Part shown: piece by piece, positions 1 to 9,570 of the stretch | Layout: each line of letters starts with the position of its first letter | Numbering within the stretch: position 1 is the first letter of the stretch | Virus record (IMG/VR): IMGVR_UViG_3300037602_000018 | Coordinates: 1 to 64,000 of that record | Origin: a virus | Taxonomy: Duplodnaviria; Caudoviricetes | Strand: one strand, 5' to 3' | Length of the DNA: 64,000 nucleotides | Notes under the pieces: model-generated | Databases searched by the model: none | Told to the model about the DNA's origin: nothing | Seen by the model: the letters and a program-made list of their open reading frames with translations, nothing else | Program-made: the position numbers and the translations under genes

Positions 1-1014
1 ATATGTGAATTAGGTGATGTAGCAGATGGAACATTTCTTAAAAATTCTTATGTTTATAATAAGCTTCAAGAATTAAATATTCTTGATAAATGGTGTGATA
101 TTGTAAAAGAATATGAAATAGGTGATTGGGTTGTAGTTAAAAATTATAGACAAGCAAAAATAGGTAATGGAGTAACTACCCCTAATCTAGTCACTAAGTT
201 ATATTCTTCATTAGATAGTTTTGAAACTAACCCAACAGGATTATTTTCTGACCCTAAATGTAATTTTGTAGTTAAAGAACGTAATAGATATTTTGGTATT
301 TTAGATGAACACATTATTAGAAAAGCCACACCAGAAGAAATAGAATCTGTTAATAAACCTAAATTAGAAATAGGTAAATGGTATAAAAATAGTCTAATAG
401 GAGGATCAATATTTTGTATAACACAAATACCTGATGATAGAAATTATGTAGTTGGAGGTTATGGATTTGAATATCTTGATAAAAATCCAAAATGGGTTGA
501 AAACAATGACAATTATTGGGGATTAGGAGATTTAAAACTAGCTACTGAAGAAGAAGTTGAAACTGTTTTAAAAAATGAAGCTAAGAAAAGAGGGTTTAAA
601 GAGGGTGTTACGGTTAAATGTACAATAGATGATAAAGAGGAGAAAATTATAGTCGGTTTTAAATTATCTTATAAAAGCAAGTTTAATGTTTTATCAATTG
701 AAACTAATCAAAGATATTTTGGATTATTTAGTAAAGGCAAATGGGCTGAAATAATTAAATCTGAATTACCTATAATTAATGGTTGTAAAGGTAAAGACCC
801 ACATTCCAATCAAATATATGATTATACGAGTACTGTTGAATATGGTTGTGCTATATTAAATGTTAAATCATTAGAAAAGATTTTAAATGCTTTTAAAAAT
901 TTACCTTTACATGGTTCTGGTAATAGACAATTACAAGCAATTAAATTAAATACTGATGTAGAAATTACTATAGAAGAAATGAAAGAAATAGTAGATTATT
1001 ATAAAAATAAATAA
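1..1014 (+). CDS. 5'-truncated modular hypothetical protein, paralog of 22002..22802
   Basis: Frame 1 is open from base 1 to TAA 1012-1014 (missed by the ORF track). Shares EYEIGDWV, LKNEAKKRG, GKWAEIIKSELP and YGC motifs with 22002..22802. Confidence 0.8.
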   Translation: MCELGDVADGTFLKNSYVYNKLQELNILDKWCDIVKEYEIGDWVVVKNYRQAKIGNGVTTPNLVTKLYSSLDSFETNPTGLFSDPKCNFVVKERNRYFGILDEHIIRKATPEEIESVNKPKLEIGKWYKNSLIGGSIFCITQIPDDRNYVVGGYGFEYLDKNPKWVENNDNYWGLGDLKLATEEEVETVLKNEAKKRGFKEGVTVKCTIDDKEEKIIVGFKLSYKSKFNVLSIETNQRYFGLFSKGKWAEIIKSELPIINGCKGKDPHSNQIYDYTSTVEYGCAILNVKSLEKILNAFKNLPLHGSGNRQLQAIKLNTDVEITIEEMKEIVDYYKNK

Positions 1015-1019
1015 TTTAT

Positions 1020-1027
1020 TATATTTG
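1020..1027 (+). promoter_or_regulatory. Bacteroidota sigma-A -7 element (TAnnTTTG)
   Basis: TATATTTG(TAA) just upstream of the tmRNA acceptor piece. The same motif occurs at 34185 and 35919. Confidence 0.6.
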
Positions 1028-1034
1028 TAAAATA

Positions 1035-1388
1035 ATAATTTGTCGTTTGTATTTGTATTGAGAATTATATTCATACGTGGGTTCGACTCCCACCAGCTCC
1101 ACTAGTTCAATTGTTGTTACCAATAAGTTAGAATAGCATGGTATTCAAAATTATAAGAAGAAATCTGAGGATTCTATTTGACGGTTTTAAACACACAGAA
1201 CGTTGTCCATGTGTATCTTCTTATTTATGGGGCTGACTGGATTCGCTGGTATGATTGAGTAGGTATAAAGAGATGAATTAGTTCAAGTAAACGGAAACGT
1301 TAACTTTTCAGATGCAATCAATATGATTGCTGACAAAGGGATTAACGCTCGCATTTCAAGAAATTGTCTTAGCGTAGTGTAGTCTAAC
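1035..1388 (+). ncRNA. ssrA: Circularly permuted (two-piece) tmRNA
   Basis: The T-arm GTGGG-TTCGACT-CCCAC and acceptor strand CAGCTCC-A (1077-1101) lie upstream of the 5' strand GGGGCTGACTGGATTCG (1229-1245). G3.U70 alanine identity is present. TCATAC (1071-1076) pairs with GTATGA. Tag frame 1293-1382 follows AAGTAAAC. Outer boundaries are approximate. Confidence 0.85.
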
Positions 1389-1427
1389 AATACCACTAGT
1401 GAAGTTTAGTAACTAGTGGTATTTTTT
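1389..1427 (+). terminator. Intrinsic terminator after tmRNA
   Basis: AATACCACTAGT...ACTAGTGGTATT stem followed by a T-tract. Confidence 0.8.
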
Positions 1428-1453
1428 ATTTTAAACAATTAAATAATCTAAAT

Positions 1454-3598
1454 ATGAATGAAGTAGTTTTAGAAGTAACAATGAAGGATGTATCTCAATT
1501 GATACAGAAAAACCTAGATAAAATGGCTAGTACAGGAATGTTATTTAGAAGTAGCATTACTGGTAACGAAGTTTGGGAAATGTATATTAATGGATTTGAA
1601 AATGATCCAGTATTTCGTGATCCTGAAAGTTCAGAGCATAATTGTAATTTATGTAAGAATTTTATTAGAAGATATGGTAATATTGTAACTATTTCTGATA
1701 AAGGAGATATTATTACAATGTTTGATCTTAATAATGTTGGGAATTATCAGAATTCTTTTAATATGATTTCCAGCAGATTAAAATCTGCTGAAATTAAAGA
1801 TGTATTTTTTGAAACATTTAATGAGTTAAATTCATTACCTTATGAATCTTGTAAAAAATCTCAAGATAAATTTAAATTAGGTATTGATAAAAATGTCAAA
1901 AGATATACTAAGGAAGAAGCTGAAAAATTTGGTGTTGTTCAACCTAATGAAGTTAGAACATTTCATCATTTACATGTACATATTCCAAAAGAGTTTGTTG
2001 ATACGACTGGTAAATCTGTAGAAGCTATTATGGCTGAATACAGAGATAAATATTTTGTATTTAAGAGATGTATGCAAGAAATATCTTTAGATATTTTAAA
2101 ATTAGTAAGAGATCTTATTAATCAAGGTTCTTTGTTAGATGGTACATCACATTTAGAAGTATTAGAGCAGATTATTTTTCATAAAACATCTCATGATGAA
2201 GTATTAAACATTACTGATAATTGGTATTGGGAAACTTCTTATACTATGTCTGAAAGATTAGCTAAATTTAAAAATACTCTTATTGGTGTACTTTGTACTG
2301 AATTATCAGAAGGAGAAGATTTAAATAAAGCTTGTCTTAATTGGAATAAAAGAGTTGATCCAGCTAATTATATGAAAGCTACGGCTCCTATTACTAAAAG
2401 ACAAATTGAAGAAGCTAAGAAATTTGTTCAGGAAAATGATTATGAAGAATCATTTAATAGAAGATTTGCTTTATTAGATGATATTAAAGTATCTGAAATT
2501 CTTCATAGTAATGTAGGAGATGGTAAAGTTAAAACAGTATCTATATTTGATAATGTTAAATCAACTACATCTAAGAAACAGAATTTTGAAAACGTAGAAG
2601 AAATAGCTATAGAAAAATTTATGTCTGATGTATTACCAAGTTGTGATTCTATTGAGGCTTATTTAGAAAATAGAATGCAAGGTAATTTAGTTACATTAAC
2701 TACAGCTAACAATCCTGAAAGTAAACCAATATTTAAATGGTCTAATAATTATAGTTGGACTTATAATGGTAATCTTGCAGGTAAATCTTTGATTAAACAA
2801 ACAGTTAAAGATTTAGGAGGTAATGTTGAAGGTGTTCTTAATTTTAGATTAGCTTGGAATGAATCAGGTCAGGATAATTCTGATTTAGATTTATGGGCTA
2901 TTGAACCTAATAATAATAAAATAGGTTTTTCTACTTCATATCGTAAAGATAGAGGTGGTAATATAAGAACTCCTATGTCTGGACAATTAGATGTAGATAT
3001 TACAAGTCCTAGAGGAAAATTAGCTGTTGAAAATATTACATGGACTGATATAAATAAAATGAAAAATGGTATTTATAAAGTCTATGTAAATCCATACAGA
3101 ATTAGTAATACTCAAGGTTTTAAAATGGAGATTGAATTTGATGGAAATACTTATTCTTATTTTTATGATAATCCTGTTAGAGTAAATGTTAATGTAGCAG
3201 AAATTACATTAAATAATGGACAATTTAGTATTAAACATTTAATACCAGAATCAGGAATATCTTCTAAAGAACTTTGGGGATTAAATACAAATCAGTTTCA
3301 TAAAGTAAACTTAGTATGTTTGTCTCCTAACCACTGGGAAGATTCTGTAGGTAATAAACATTATTTCTTTATGTTAGATGGTTGTTATTCTGATGTTTCT
3401 GTCAGAAGTTTTCATAATGAAAATTTAATTCAGGAATTATTAGATCATAGAAAAGTAATGGAAGTATTAGGTAGTACCAATATGCTTGAACCTACTAAAA
3501 ATCAATTAGCGGGATTAGGTTTTAATGCTACTATTAAAGATGAATTAATAGTAAAATGTACAGGTTCTTTTAATAGAATATTAAAAATTAAATTTTAA
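1454..3598 (+). CDS. Conserved phage hypothetical protein with a C-terminal YfaP/DUF2135-like segment
   Basis: 714 aa; HNCNLC near the N-terminus; DLDLW...GQLDVD...AVENITW motifs. Confidence 0.55.
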   Translation: MNEVVLEVTMKDVSQLIQKNLDKMASTGMLFRSSITGNEVWEMYINGFENDPVFRDPESSEHNCNLCKNFIRRYGNIVTISDKGDIITMFDLNNVGNYQNSFNMISSRLKSAEIKDVFFETFNELNSLPYESCKKSQDKFKLGIDKNVKRYTKEEAEKFGVVQPNEVRTFHHLHVHIPKEFVDTTGKSVEAIMAEYRDKYFVFKRCMQEISLDILKLVRDLINQGSLLDGTSHLEVLEQIIFHKTSHDEVLNITDNWYWETSYTMSERLAKFKNTLIGVLCTELSEGEDLNKACLNWNKRVDPANYMKATAPITKRQIEEAKKFVQENDYEESFNRRFALLDDIKVSEILHSNVGDGKVKTVSIFDNVKSTTSKKQNFENVEEIAIEKFMSDVLPSCDSIEAYLENRMQGNLVTLTTANNPESKPIFKWSNNYSWTYNGNLAGKSLIKQTVKDLGGNVEGVLNFRLAWNESGQDNSDLDLWAIEPNNNKIGFSTSYRKDRGGNIRTPMSGQLDVDITSPRGKLAVENITWTDINKMKNGIYKVYVNPYRISNTQGFKMEIEFDGNTYSYFYDNPVRVNVNVAEITLNNGQFSIKHLIPESGISSKELWGLNTNQFHKVNLVCLSPNHWEDSVGNKHYFFMLDGCYSDVSVRSFHNENLIQELLDHRKVMEVLGSTNMLEPTKNQLAGLGFNATIKDELIVKCTGSFNRILKIKF

Positions 3599-3604
3599 AC
3601 TATT

Positions 3605-3682
3605 TTGGATGTAGCTCAATTGGTTAGAGCAGCTCACCTTAAACATAAGAGCAGGTTAGAGGTTCGAATCCTCTCATCCATA
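3605..3682 (+). tRNA. tRNA-like gene with aberrant anticodon arm (identity undetermined)
   Basis: Acceptor TGGATG/CATCCA, D arm GCTC/GAGC and T arm AGAGG-TTCGAAT-CCTCT are canonical. The anticodon stem GCTC/GAGC encloses a 13-nt loop ACCTTAAACATAA. Confidence 0.7.
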
Positions 3683-3697
3683 CTAAATTTTTAAACT

Positions 3698-4072
3698 ATG
3701 AGTGATATATTTAAAACAGCTACTAGAAACAAGCTTAGAGTTTCTACGACAAGAGGAATGTTATCTGTTGAACAACTTTGGGATTTGAATTTATCAGATC
3801 TTGATGAAATTGCAGTAACTCTTGATTCTCAAGTATCTAAGACAGCTACAAAAACTTTTCTTAGTAAAACTACAGAAAAAGATAAAATTACTAAATTAAT
3901 GTTTGATGTAGTATTAGAAATACTTAAAACTAAACAAACTGATCAAGAACGTGCGTTAAAAGCTGCTGAAACTAAACGTCACAATCAGAAGATTAGTGAA
4001 CTTATTGCAGAAAAGCAAGACGAAGAACTTAAAAATATGAGTATTGAAGAGCTTGAGAAAATGATTAAATAA
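3698..4072 (+). CDS. Conserved phage hypothetical coiled-coil protein
   Basis: 124 aa; RGMLSVEQLWDL motif; followed by a terminator. Confidence 0.7.
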   Translation: MSDIFKTATRNKLRVSTTRGMLSVEQLWDLNLSDLDEIAVTLDSQVSKTATKTFLSKTTEKDKITKLMFDVVLEILKTKQTDQERALKAAETKRHNQKISELIAEKQDEELKNMSIEELEKMIK

Positions 4073-4073
4073 T

Positions 4074-4108
4074 AATAAAGCCCCTGACTATTGATTAGGG
4101 GCTTTATT
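4074..4108 (+). terminator. Intrinsic terminator
   Basis: AATAAAGCCCCT...AGGGGCTTTATT hairpin. Confidence 0.75.
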
Positions 4109-4134
4109 TAATTAAACTTAAATTATAAATAAAT

Positions 4135-4302
4135 ATGAATACAAAGAAGCAAGAAAGAAGAAAAAGTGCTTTAAAAAGATTGCAAGCACAGCTTTCAAGT
4201 GGAGTAAAAACAATTAATGACTCAAAAGTAAAAGTTGATCTTACAGAAACTGATAAAGCCAGAATTAAAAATGAAATTCAAACTTTAAAATCCAGAATAT
4301 GA
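4135..4302 (+). CDS. Small basic hypothetical protein
   Basis: ATG 4135 to TGA overlapping the next start (ATGA); MNTKKQERRK... Confidence 0.6.
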   Translation: MNTKKQERRKSALKRLQAQLSSGVKTINDSKVKVDLTETDKARIKNEIQTLKSRI

Positions 4303-4613
4303 GAACAGCTTATACAAAACAGGAAGATAATATAATTTTAGAAAATATTAGACAATATCCTAATAATTTACAATTTGCTTTTGAAAGGTCAAGTGAAGAA
4401 TTAAATAGAACTGCTAGTGCTATATCTAAAAGATATTATAATAAGTTAAGAGATAGTGCTAAAATTGCTGTAGGTAGTAATAAAGGACTAATTTTAAATA
4501 CTAAGAATACTATTAGAGATAATTCTAAGTATAATATGGTATTAGATTTAACAAGTAGTCTTACTTTAAGGGATAAGAAAAATTTAATTAAATATTTATT
4601 TGATGAATTATGA
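4299..4613 (+). CDS. Putative Myb/HTH-like DNA-binding protein
   Basis: YTKQEDNIILE...LNRTASAISKRY resembles a Myb/SANT repeat. Confidence 0.45.
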   Translation: MRTAYTKQEDNIILENIRQYPNNLQFAFERSSEELNRTASAISKRYYNKLRDSAKIAVGSNKGLILNTKNTIRDNSKYNMVLDLTSSLTLRDKKNLIKYLFDEL

Positions 4614-4731
4614 ATTTAGATGATTATTTAACTTCAGAACCTGAATATACTAATTTATGTATTCATTGTGAAGTAAATGAAGCTAAAAGAAATGGTTATT
4701 GTTCAGAAGAATGTTTTAAAGCAGATATGAG

Positions 4732-5046
4732 ATGAATAAATTATGGAATTGGATTTTATTACAATGGAAAAAGTTTACCAGAGATTATAAAATAGAAGTT
4801 AAAAGTTTAAAACTACTTACACCTTATTTGTTATTAATTAATTTTAAAGCAGATGAATGTGAAATGTATTTAACAATTGATGGTAATTATAAAGATCTTT
4901 ATAAAAAACATCATAAAAGGTCTGAAGAAGCAAAACAAAATGATGAAATAATATCATTTGATAATTATATGGAAGAGATAAATTTATTAATTCCTACAGA
5001 AGATATTATTATAATTGAATATAAAAATTGGAAAAGAAAATTATGA
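4732..5046 (+). CDS. Hypothetical protein
   Basis: ORF in a tightly packed operon. Confidence 0.6.
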   Translation: MNKLWNWILLQWKKFTRDYKIEVKSLKLLTPYLLLINFKADECEMYLTIDGNYKDLYKKHHKRSEEAKQNDEIISFDNYMEEINLLIPTEDIIIIEYKNWKRKL

Positions 5047-5498
5047 AAAAATTATTAATTATATTATTACTATTTGTATCTTATAATACTTATAGTCAAG
5101 TAGATAGTTTAGTTACTGAAACTCAAACTGAACGAATAATAGATAAATATGGCGGTAAAATAGTAGAATCTTTTAATAGATTTGCTGATAAAGCACTTCC
5201 TATAGCAGAAGAAAGTTTTAAAATAGTAGTTAAATTACAAATAGCAAAAGGAATAGGATACATGTTTATCCCTTTAATTACTATTATAATAATTTTTACA
5301 GGGTTTATATGTGCTAAAAAATCAAAAACTTTAAATGTAAAAAAATATGAATCTGATCGTTATGAAGTAATTGCTGTTATATGTATGGTATTAAGTATAA
5401 TAGGAATAATAGCTAGTTGTTTTTGTATTTATCACGGATTATTATATTTAATAGCTCCAGAGTGGTTTGCTATTGAAGAAATTTTAAACTTATTTTAA
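5028..5498 (+). CDS. Membrane protein with signal peptide
   Basis: MKKLLIILLLFVS signal-like N-terminus and two hydrophobic helices. Confidence 0.65.
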   Translation: MEKKIMKKLLIILLLFVSYNTYSQVDSLVTETQTERIIDKYGGKIVESFNRFADKALPIAEESFKIVVKLQIAKGIGYMFIPLITIIIIFTGFICAKKSKTLNVKKYESDRYEVIAVICMVLSIIGIIASCFCIYHGLLYLIAPEWFAIEEILNLF

Positions 5499-5500
5499 TT

Positions 5501-5683
5501 ATGAAATTTATATTAAGTTCTTATTTATTATATATCTTATTTTGGGTATATACGGGAATATGTTGGGTAATAAATCTTATTCAATTTTTTAATTGTGATT
5601 TTGCCTCACCTTATAAAGATGAATTAATTCATGGTATAGGAATATTTATGTTCCCAATAGCAGGTATAACAGTTTGGTTTTAA
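5501..5683 (+). CDS. Small membrane protein
   Basis: 60 aa with two hydrophobic segments. Confidence 0.6.
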   Translation: MKFILSSYLLYILFWVYTGICWVINLIQFFNCDFASPYKDELIHGIGIFMFPIAGITVWF

Positions 5684-5695
5684 TTAACCAAATTA

Positions 5696-5769
5696 GGGCC
5701 TTTAACTCAGTTGGTTAGAGTGTCTGACTCATACTCAGAAAGTCGGAGGTTCAAATCCTTCAAGGCCCA
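5696..5769 (+). tRNA. tRNA with CAT anticodon (Ile2 or elongator Met)
   Basis: Complete cloverleaf: GGGCCTT/AAGGCCC acceptor, TCTGA-CTCATAC-TCAGA anticodon arm, GGAGG-TTCAAAT-CCTTC T arm. CCA is not encoded. Confidence 0.93.
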
Positions 5770-5819
5770 CAAACTATAGGATAGTCTTATAGTTTTTTAT
5801 TAATTTAAATTTTTTTATT

Positions 5820-6245
5820 ATGTTTACTTTCAAAAGAAACACAAGAACAAACAATCTCGAAGCACAATTCTCAGCAAAGCTTATTAGCTTAAGTGAAAGT
5901 GTACAACAAAATTCTAATGGTACAGATTATCGTGTTGGTACTATTGAATTTAGTGATGTCAATGGTAATACTCAACGTTCATCAGCATTGATGTATGAGA
6001 GTAATTTTGCTTATATTCAGGATGAATATGAGAAAAATGAAGATACCAAACAACTTGAGTGTGTTAATGGAGTACAGACTTATCTTTGTACTGCTATTAA
6101 TGATGATTCAAGAGATGGTGATAATGTATTAATTACAGTAAGTCACTTGACTGGTGCTGGACGTGCTACTAAAAGCATGTTTGGTTTTGAGAATGCAAAA
6201 GTAGAAGCTCCTGAAGTAGAAGCTACTGAAGAAGTGAAAGCATAG
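5820..6245 (+). CDS. Hypothetical protein, possibly OB-fold ssDNA-binding
   Basis: Beta-rich with an acidic C-terminal tail; has its own terminator. Function is inference. Confidence 0.4.
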   Translation: MFTFKRNTRTNNLEAQFSAKLISLSESVQQNSNGTDYRVGTIEFSDVNGNTQRSSALMYESNFAYIQDEYEKNEDTKQLECVNGVQTYLCTAINDDSRDGDNVLITVSHLTGAGRATKSMFGFENAKVEAPEVEATEEVKA

Positions 6246-6261
6246 TTTAGTTAGATTGATT

Positions 6262-6299
6262 GGATGGGGTGTAGTTAATTCTGCATCTCATCCTTTTTT
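6262..6299 (+). terminator. Intrinsic terminator
   Basis: GGATGGGGTGTAG/CTGCATCTCATCC stem plus T6. Confidence 0.75.
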
Positions 6300-6307
6300 A
6301 AATTATT

Positions 6308-6568
6308 ATGAAAAGAAAAGCAATTAAAACAGAATTAATAGGTGTATCAAATAGTAATGTGAAACATTATGACTATAAGATTACTATTGAAGAAAAAGAT
6401 GGTTCTATTACAGAATTAATAGAACATGGTAAAGATTTACAAGACACTTTATCAAGAGTTATAAAAACTGGTAGAATTAAAAAAATACAACAATCTTTAG
6501 ATAAAATAATTGTACTCCTTATAATTGTAGTAATTGTATTTACAGCAATATTAATTAAAGTATTATGA
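6308..6568 (+). CDS. Hypothetical protein with C-terminal TM helix
   Basis: Hydrophobic C-terminus; overlaps the polA start. Confidence 0.6.
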   Translation: MKRKAIKTELIGVSNSNVKHYDYKITIEEKDGSITELIEHGKDLQDTLSRVIKTGRIKKIQQSLDKIIVLLIIVVIVFTAILIKVL

Positions 6569-8529
6569 ATTTAAATAACATATATTTTATAGGAGATAAT
6601 AACTTGTTTGATGATATAAATTATGCTACTATAGAAGAGTGTTATAATTATTGTAAAGATAAAAAGATATTATCTATTGATATTGAGACTACTAAAAAAT
6701 ATAATAAATATGGAGATTTAGAAGGTTTATCTCCATATTTATCTAATATTGTAATGTTTCAAATAGGTGATGGAAATAAACAGTTTATTATAGACCATAG
6801 AATAGTTAAAATTGATAAATTATTACCATTATTAACTAATAAAGAAATTAAATTAGTTGGTCATAATTTAAAATTTGAATATAGTCATATATTACATAAT
6901 TATAATATTAGAATAAATAATTTATATGATACGCAATTAGCAGAACAGATTTTATATAATGGTTATGATATAGAGTTTAACTTAAAAGCTTTAAATAAAA
7001 AATATTTAGGTAAAGAAGTAGATAAATCTACTAGATTAAATTTTTTAAATATTGGTAGCAGGCCATTTAGTAAAACTGAAATTGTATATGGAGCTGAGGA
7101 TATATTACATCCTTTACAAATAAGAGAATACCAATTAAAGAAATTAAAAGAAGAAAATTTAATTAGTTGTGTAGATCTTGAAATGAAATTTCTACCTGTA
7201 TTAGGAGATATAGAATATAAAGGTATTAATTTTAATAAAGAAATATGGTTAGAAACTTATGAAAAAAATCTTAAACAAGTAATAGAACTTAAAGATAAGT
7301 TAGATAATTATATAATAAAGAATTTTTCAGATACTAAATTTGTTGATAAACAGTTATCTTTATTTGATACTGGAATTAATTGTGCTATTAGTTGGAGTAG
7401 TCCTAAACAGACTATAGCATTTTTTAAGTATTTAAATATTTGTCCTCAAGAAGTATCTAAAACTACTAAAAAGTTAACTTATACTGTTAATGCTAAAGTA
7501 GTTAAAGCATCTTTGTTTAATATTAATAAGGATATTAGTGAAGAAAAAAGAAATTTCATTAATATTTATATCGAATATAAAGAATTAGAACAATCTTGTA
7601 CTACATTTGGTAAGGATTTCTTAAAACATATCAATCCAATTACTAATAGAATTCATAGTAATTACTGGCAATTAAAAGCTACAGGTAGAATTTCATCTAC
7701 TAATCCAAACTTACAAAATATACCTTCAAATAAAAATTTTAGAAGAGCTTTTGATGCTCCAGAAGGTAATAAAATAGTTAATGCAGATTATTCAGGACAA
7801 GAAACTGTAATACTCGCAAATCAATCACAAGAAGAAAATATTATATATCTCATTAATACTGGAGGTGATATGCATAGTTTTGTAACTAAAGCATTATATC
7901 CAGAGTTAAAAGAATTAACAGATGATGAGATTAAAACTCAACATAAAGACAAAAGACAAATAGCTAAAGCTGCTGGATTTGCAATTAATTATGGTGGTAA
8001 TGGGTTTACTATTGCTAAAAATTTAGGTATATCAGAAGAAGAAGGAGATAATGTTTATAATGCATATTTTAAAGCATTTCCTCAATTAAAAACATTCTTT
8101 GATAAAACTATAGCAGAATCTATGAGTCGTGGTTATATTATTATAGATACCTTAACAAATAGAAAGTTCTATTTTAAAGATATGGATAAATTGACTGAAT
8201 TAAAAGAAACTAAACAATGGAAAAGGTACTTTAAATTAAAAGGTAAATACGAGAGATTATGCCTTAACTATATAATTCAGGGAGCAGCAGGGTCTGTAAC
8301 TAAATATGCAGCAGTATTATTTAGAAATTGGATATTAAATAATAAACTAGAAAATAAAGTTTTTATTACTAATCTAATTCATGATGAAATAAATGTTGAA
8401 TGTAAAGGAGATATAGCAGAAATTGTAGCTACTAATTTAGAATTATGTATGAAAAAATCAGGTAATTTATGGTGTAAAACTGTACCATTAGATGCAGAAG
8501 CAGTAATAACAGAATATTGGTCACATTAA
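6565..8529 (+). CDS. polA: DNA polymerase family A with 3'-5' exonuclease
   Basis: Exo motifs DIETT, GHNLKFE and YGAED; TGRISS.NPNLQNIP; motif A ADYSGQE; motif B RQIAKAAGFAINYG; motif C IHDE. Confidence 0.95.
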   Translation: MNLNNIYFIGDNNLFDDINYATIEECYNYCKDKKILSIDIETTKKYNKYGDLEGLSPYLSNIVMFQIGDGNKQFIIDHRIVKIDKLLPLLTNKEIKLVGHNLKFEYSHILHNYNIRINNLYDTQLAEQILYNGYDIEFNLKALNKKYLGKEVDKSTRLNFLNIGSRPFSKTEIVYGAEDILHPLQIREYQLKKLKEENLISCVDLEMKFLPVLGDIEYKGINFNKEIWLETYEKNLKQVIELKDKLDNYIIKNFSDTKFVDKQLSLFDTGINCAISWSSPKQTIAFFKYLNICPQEVSKTTKKLTYTVNAKVVKASLFNINKDISEEKRNFINIYIEYKELEQSCTTFGKDFLKHINPITNRIHSNYWQLKATGRISSTNPNLQNIPSNKNFRRAFDAPEGNKIVNADYSGQETVILANQSQEENIIYLINTGGDMHSFVTKALYPELKELTDDEIKTQHKDKRQIAKAAGFAINYGGNGFTIAKNLGISEEEGDNVYNAYFKAFPQLKTFFDKTIAESMSRGYIIIDTLTNRKFYFKDMDKLTELKETKQWKRYFKLKGKYERLCLNYIIQGAAGSVTKYAAVLFRNWILNNKLENKVFITNLIHDEINVECKGDIAEIVATNLELCMKKSGNLWCKTVPLDAEAVITEYWSH

Positions 8530-8538
8530 AATAAAAAT

Positions 8539-8985
8539 ATGAAAGTAATAATTATGAAGAAGAAAAGTATTCTTCTTGGACAACAAAATGTTACAGAATG
8601 GACATTGTTAGAATATAAAAAGTTTTTTAGTATTAAATTATTTCATTTTCATAAAACAAATGGTTCTCAAGATAGATTTCATACACATGCTTTTAATGCT
8701 TATAGTATTCTTTTAAAAGGAAATTATATAGAAGAAGTGATAAAAGATAATCAAATTATTCCTTTAAATAGAAATAGAAAAATAATTTTATTTATACCTA
8801 AAGATAATTATCATAGGATTACTAAAAGTAAAGGCTGCTGGACATTATTATTTACAGGTTCTTGGGGCAAAACTTTTAAAGAATTAAGAGAAACAGAAAA
8901 TATCAATGAATATGTAGAATATATTTGTGGTGAACATAGAATTGATATAAATAAAGGAAGTACATATTATTTAAAAAACTATTAA
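8539..8985 (+). CDS. Cupin-fold protein
   Basis: FHTHAF...GNYIEE...YHRI...WTLLFTG cupin-like pattern. Confidence 0.55.
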   Translation: MKVIIMKKKSILLGQQNVTEWTLLEYKKFFSIKLFHFHKTNGSQDRFHTHAFNAYSILLKGNYIEEVIKDNQIIPLNRNRKIILFIPKDNYHRITKSKGCWTLLFTGSWGKTFKELRETENINEYVEYICGEHRIDINKGSTYYLKNY

Positions 8986-8995
8986 AACTTACAAA

Positions 8996-9277
8996 ATGAT
9001 TATACTTTTAAATCACGATAACACTACTGTAATAGGAGTATATGATAATTTATTAGAAGCAGTACTTAATAATTTTACATTGGAATTTACTTCTAGCAGA
9101 CAACTTAAAACAACTAGTAAATTATTTGATTCTTATATAAATAAAAATATTATTAGTACTTTTAGTTACGCAGATACATATACTAAAGAAGAAGCTATTA
9201 GGCATTATACTGAAAATTCTTTAAAAAGAGATATAAAAAGATACGGGATAAATATTTATCAAATAAATGAAATTTAA
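8996..9277 (+). CDS. Hypothetical protein
   Basis: ORF with phage-like composition. Confidence 0.6.
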   Translation: MIILLNHDNTTVIGVYDNLLEAVLNNFTLEFTSSRQLKTTSKLFDSYINKNIISTFSYADTYTKEEAIRHYTENSLKRDIKRYGINIYQINEI

Positions 9278-9479
9278 AAATTATGGAAGATACTTATGAA
9301 ATTATAGTTAGTGATTTAGATGAACAAAGTCATATCACGGAAGAATATAATAATTAATAAAATGGAAAAACCACAATTCAAAAGCTTGGAAATTTATTTA
9401 GTCACAATAATATCATTATTAACCTTTATCTGGCTGACTGTATTATTAAAATGAAGCCATACAACCACAGGTAATTATC

Positions 9480-9543
9480 TCCTAACGGTTTGGTTATGCT
9501 GACGTTGTGAGGAACGAGCAATGCAGTATAGGTGTTGTTAGGC
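9480..9543. repeat. attC-like site 0
   Basis: TCCTAAC-ggtttggt-TATGCTG(A)CGTTG...CAATG-CAGTATA-ggtgtt-GTTAGGC; one bulged base and G.T pairs. Confidence 0.75.
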
Positions 9544-9570
9544 TTTCGTTTAATTTTAAAATAGATAAAT

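Noticed and set aside
3632-3652. Ochre suppressor tRNA (TTA anticodon)
   Set aside because: Placing CCTTAAA as the 7-nt loop leaves the anticodon stem unpaired, and TAA is the dominant stop codon here.
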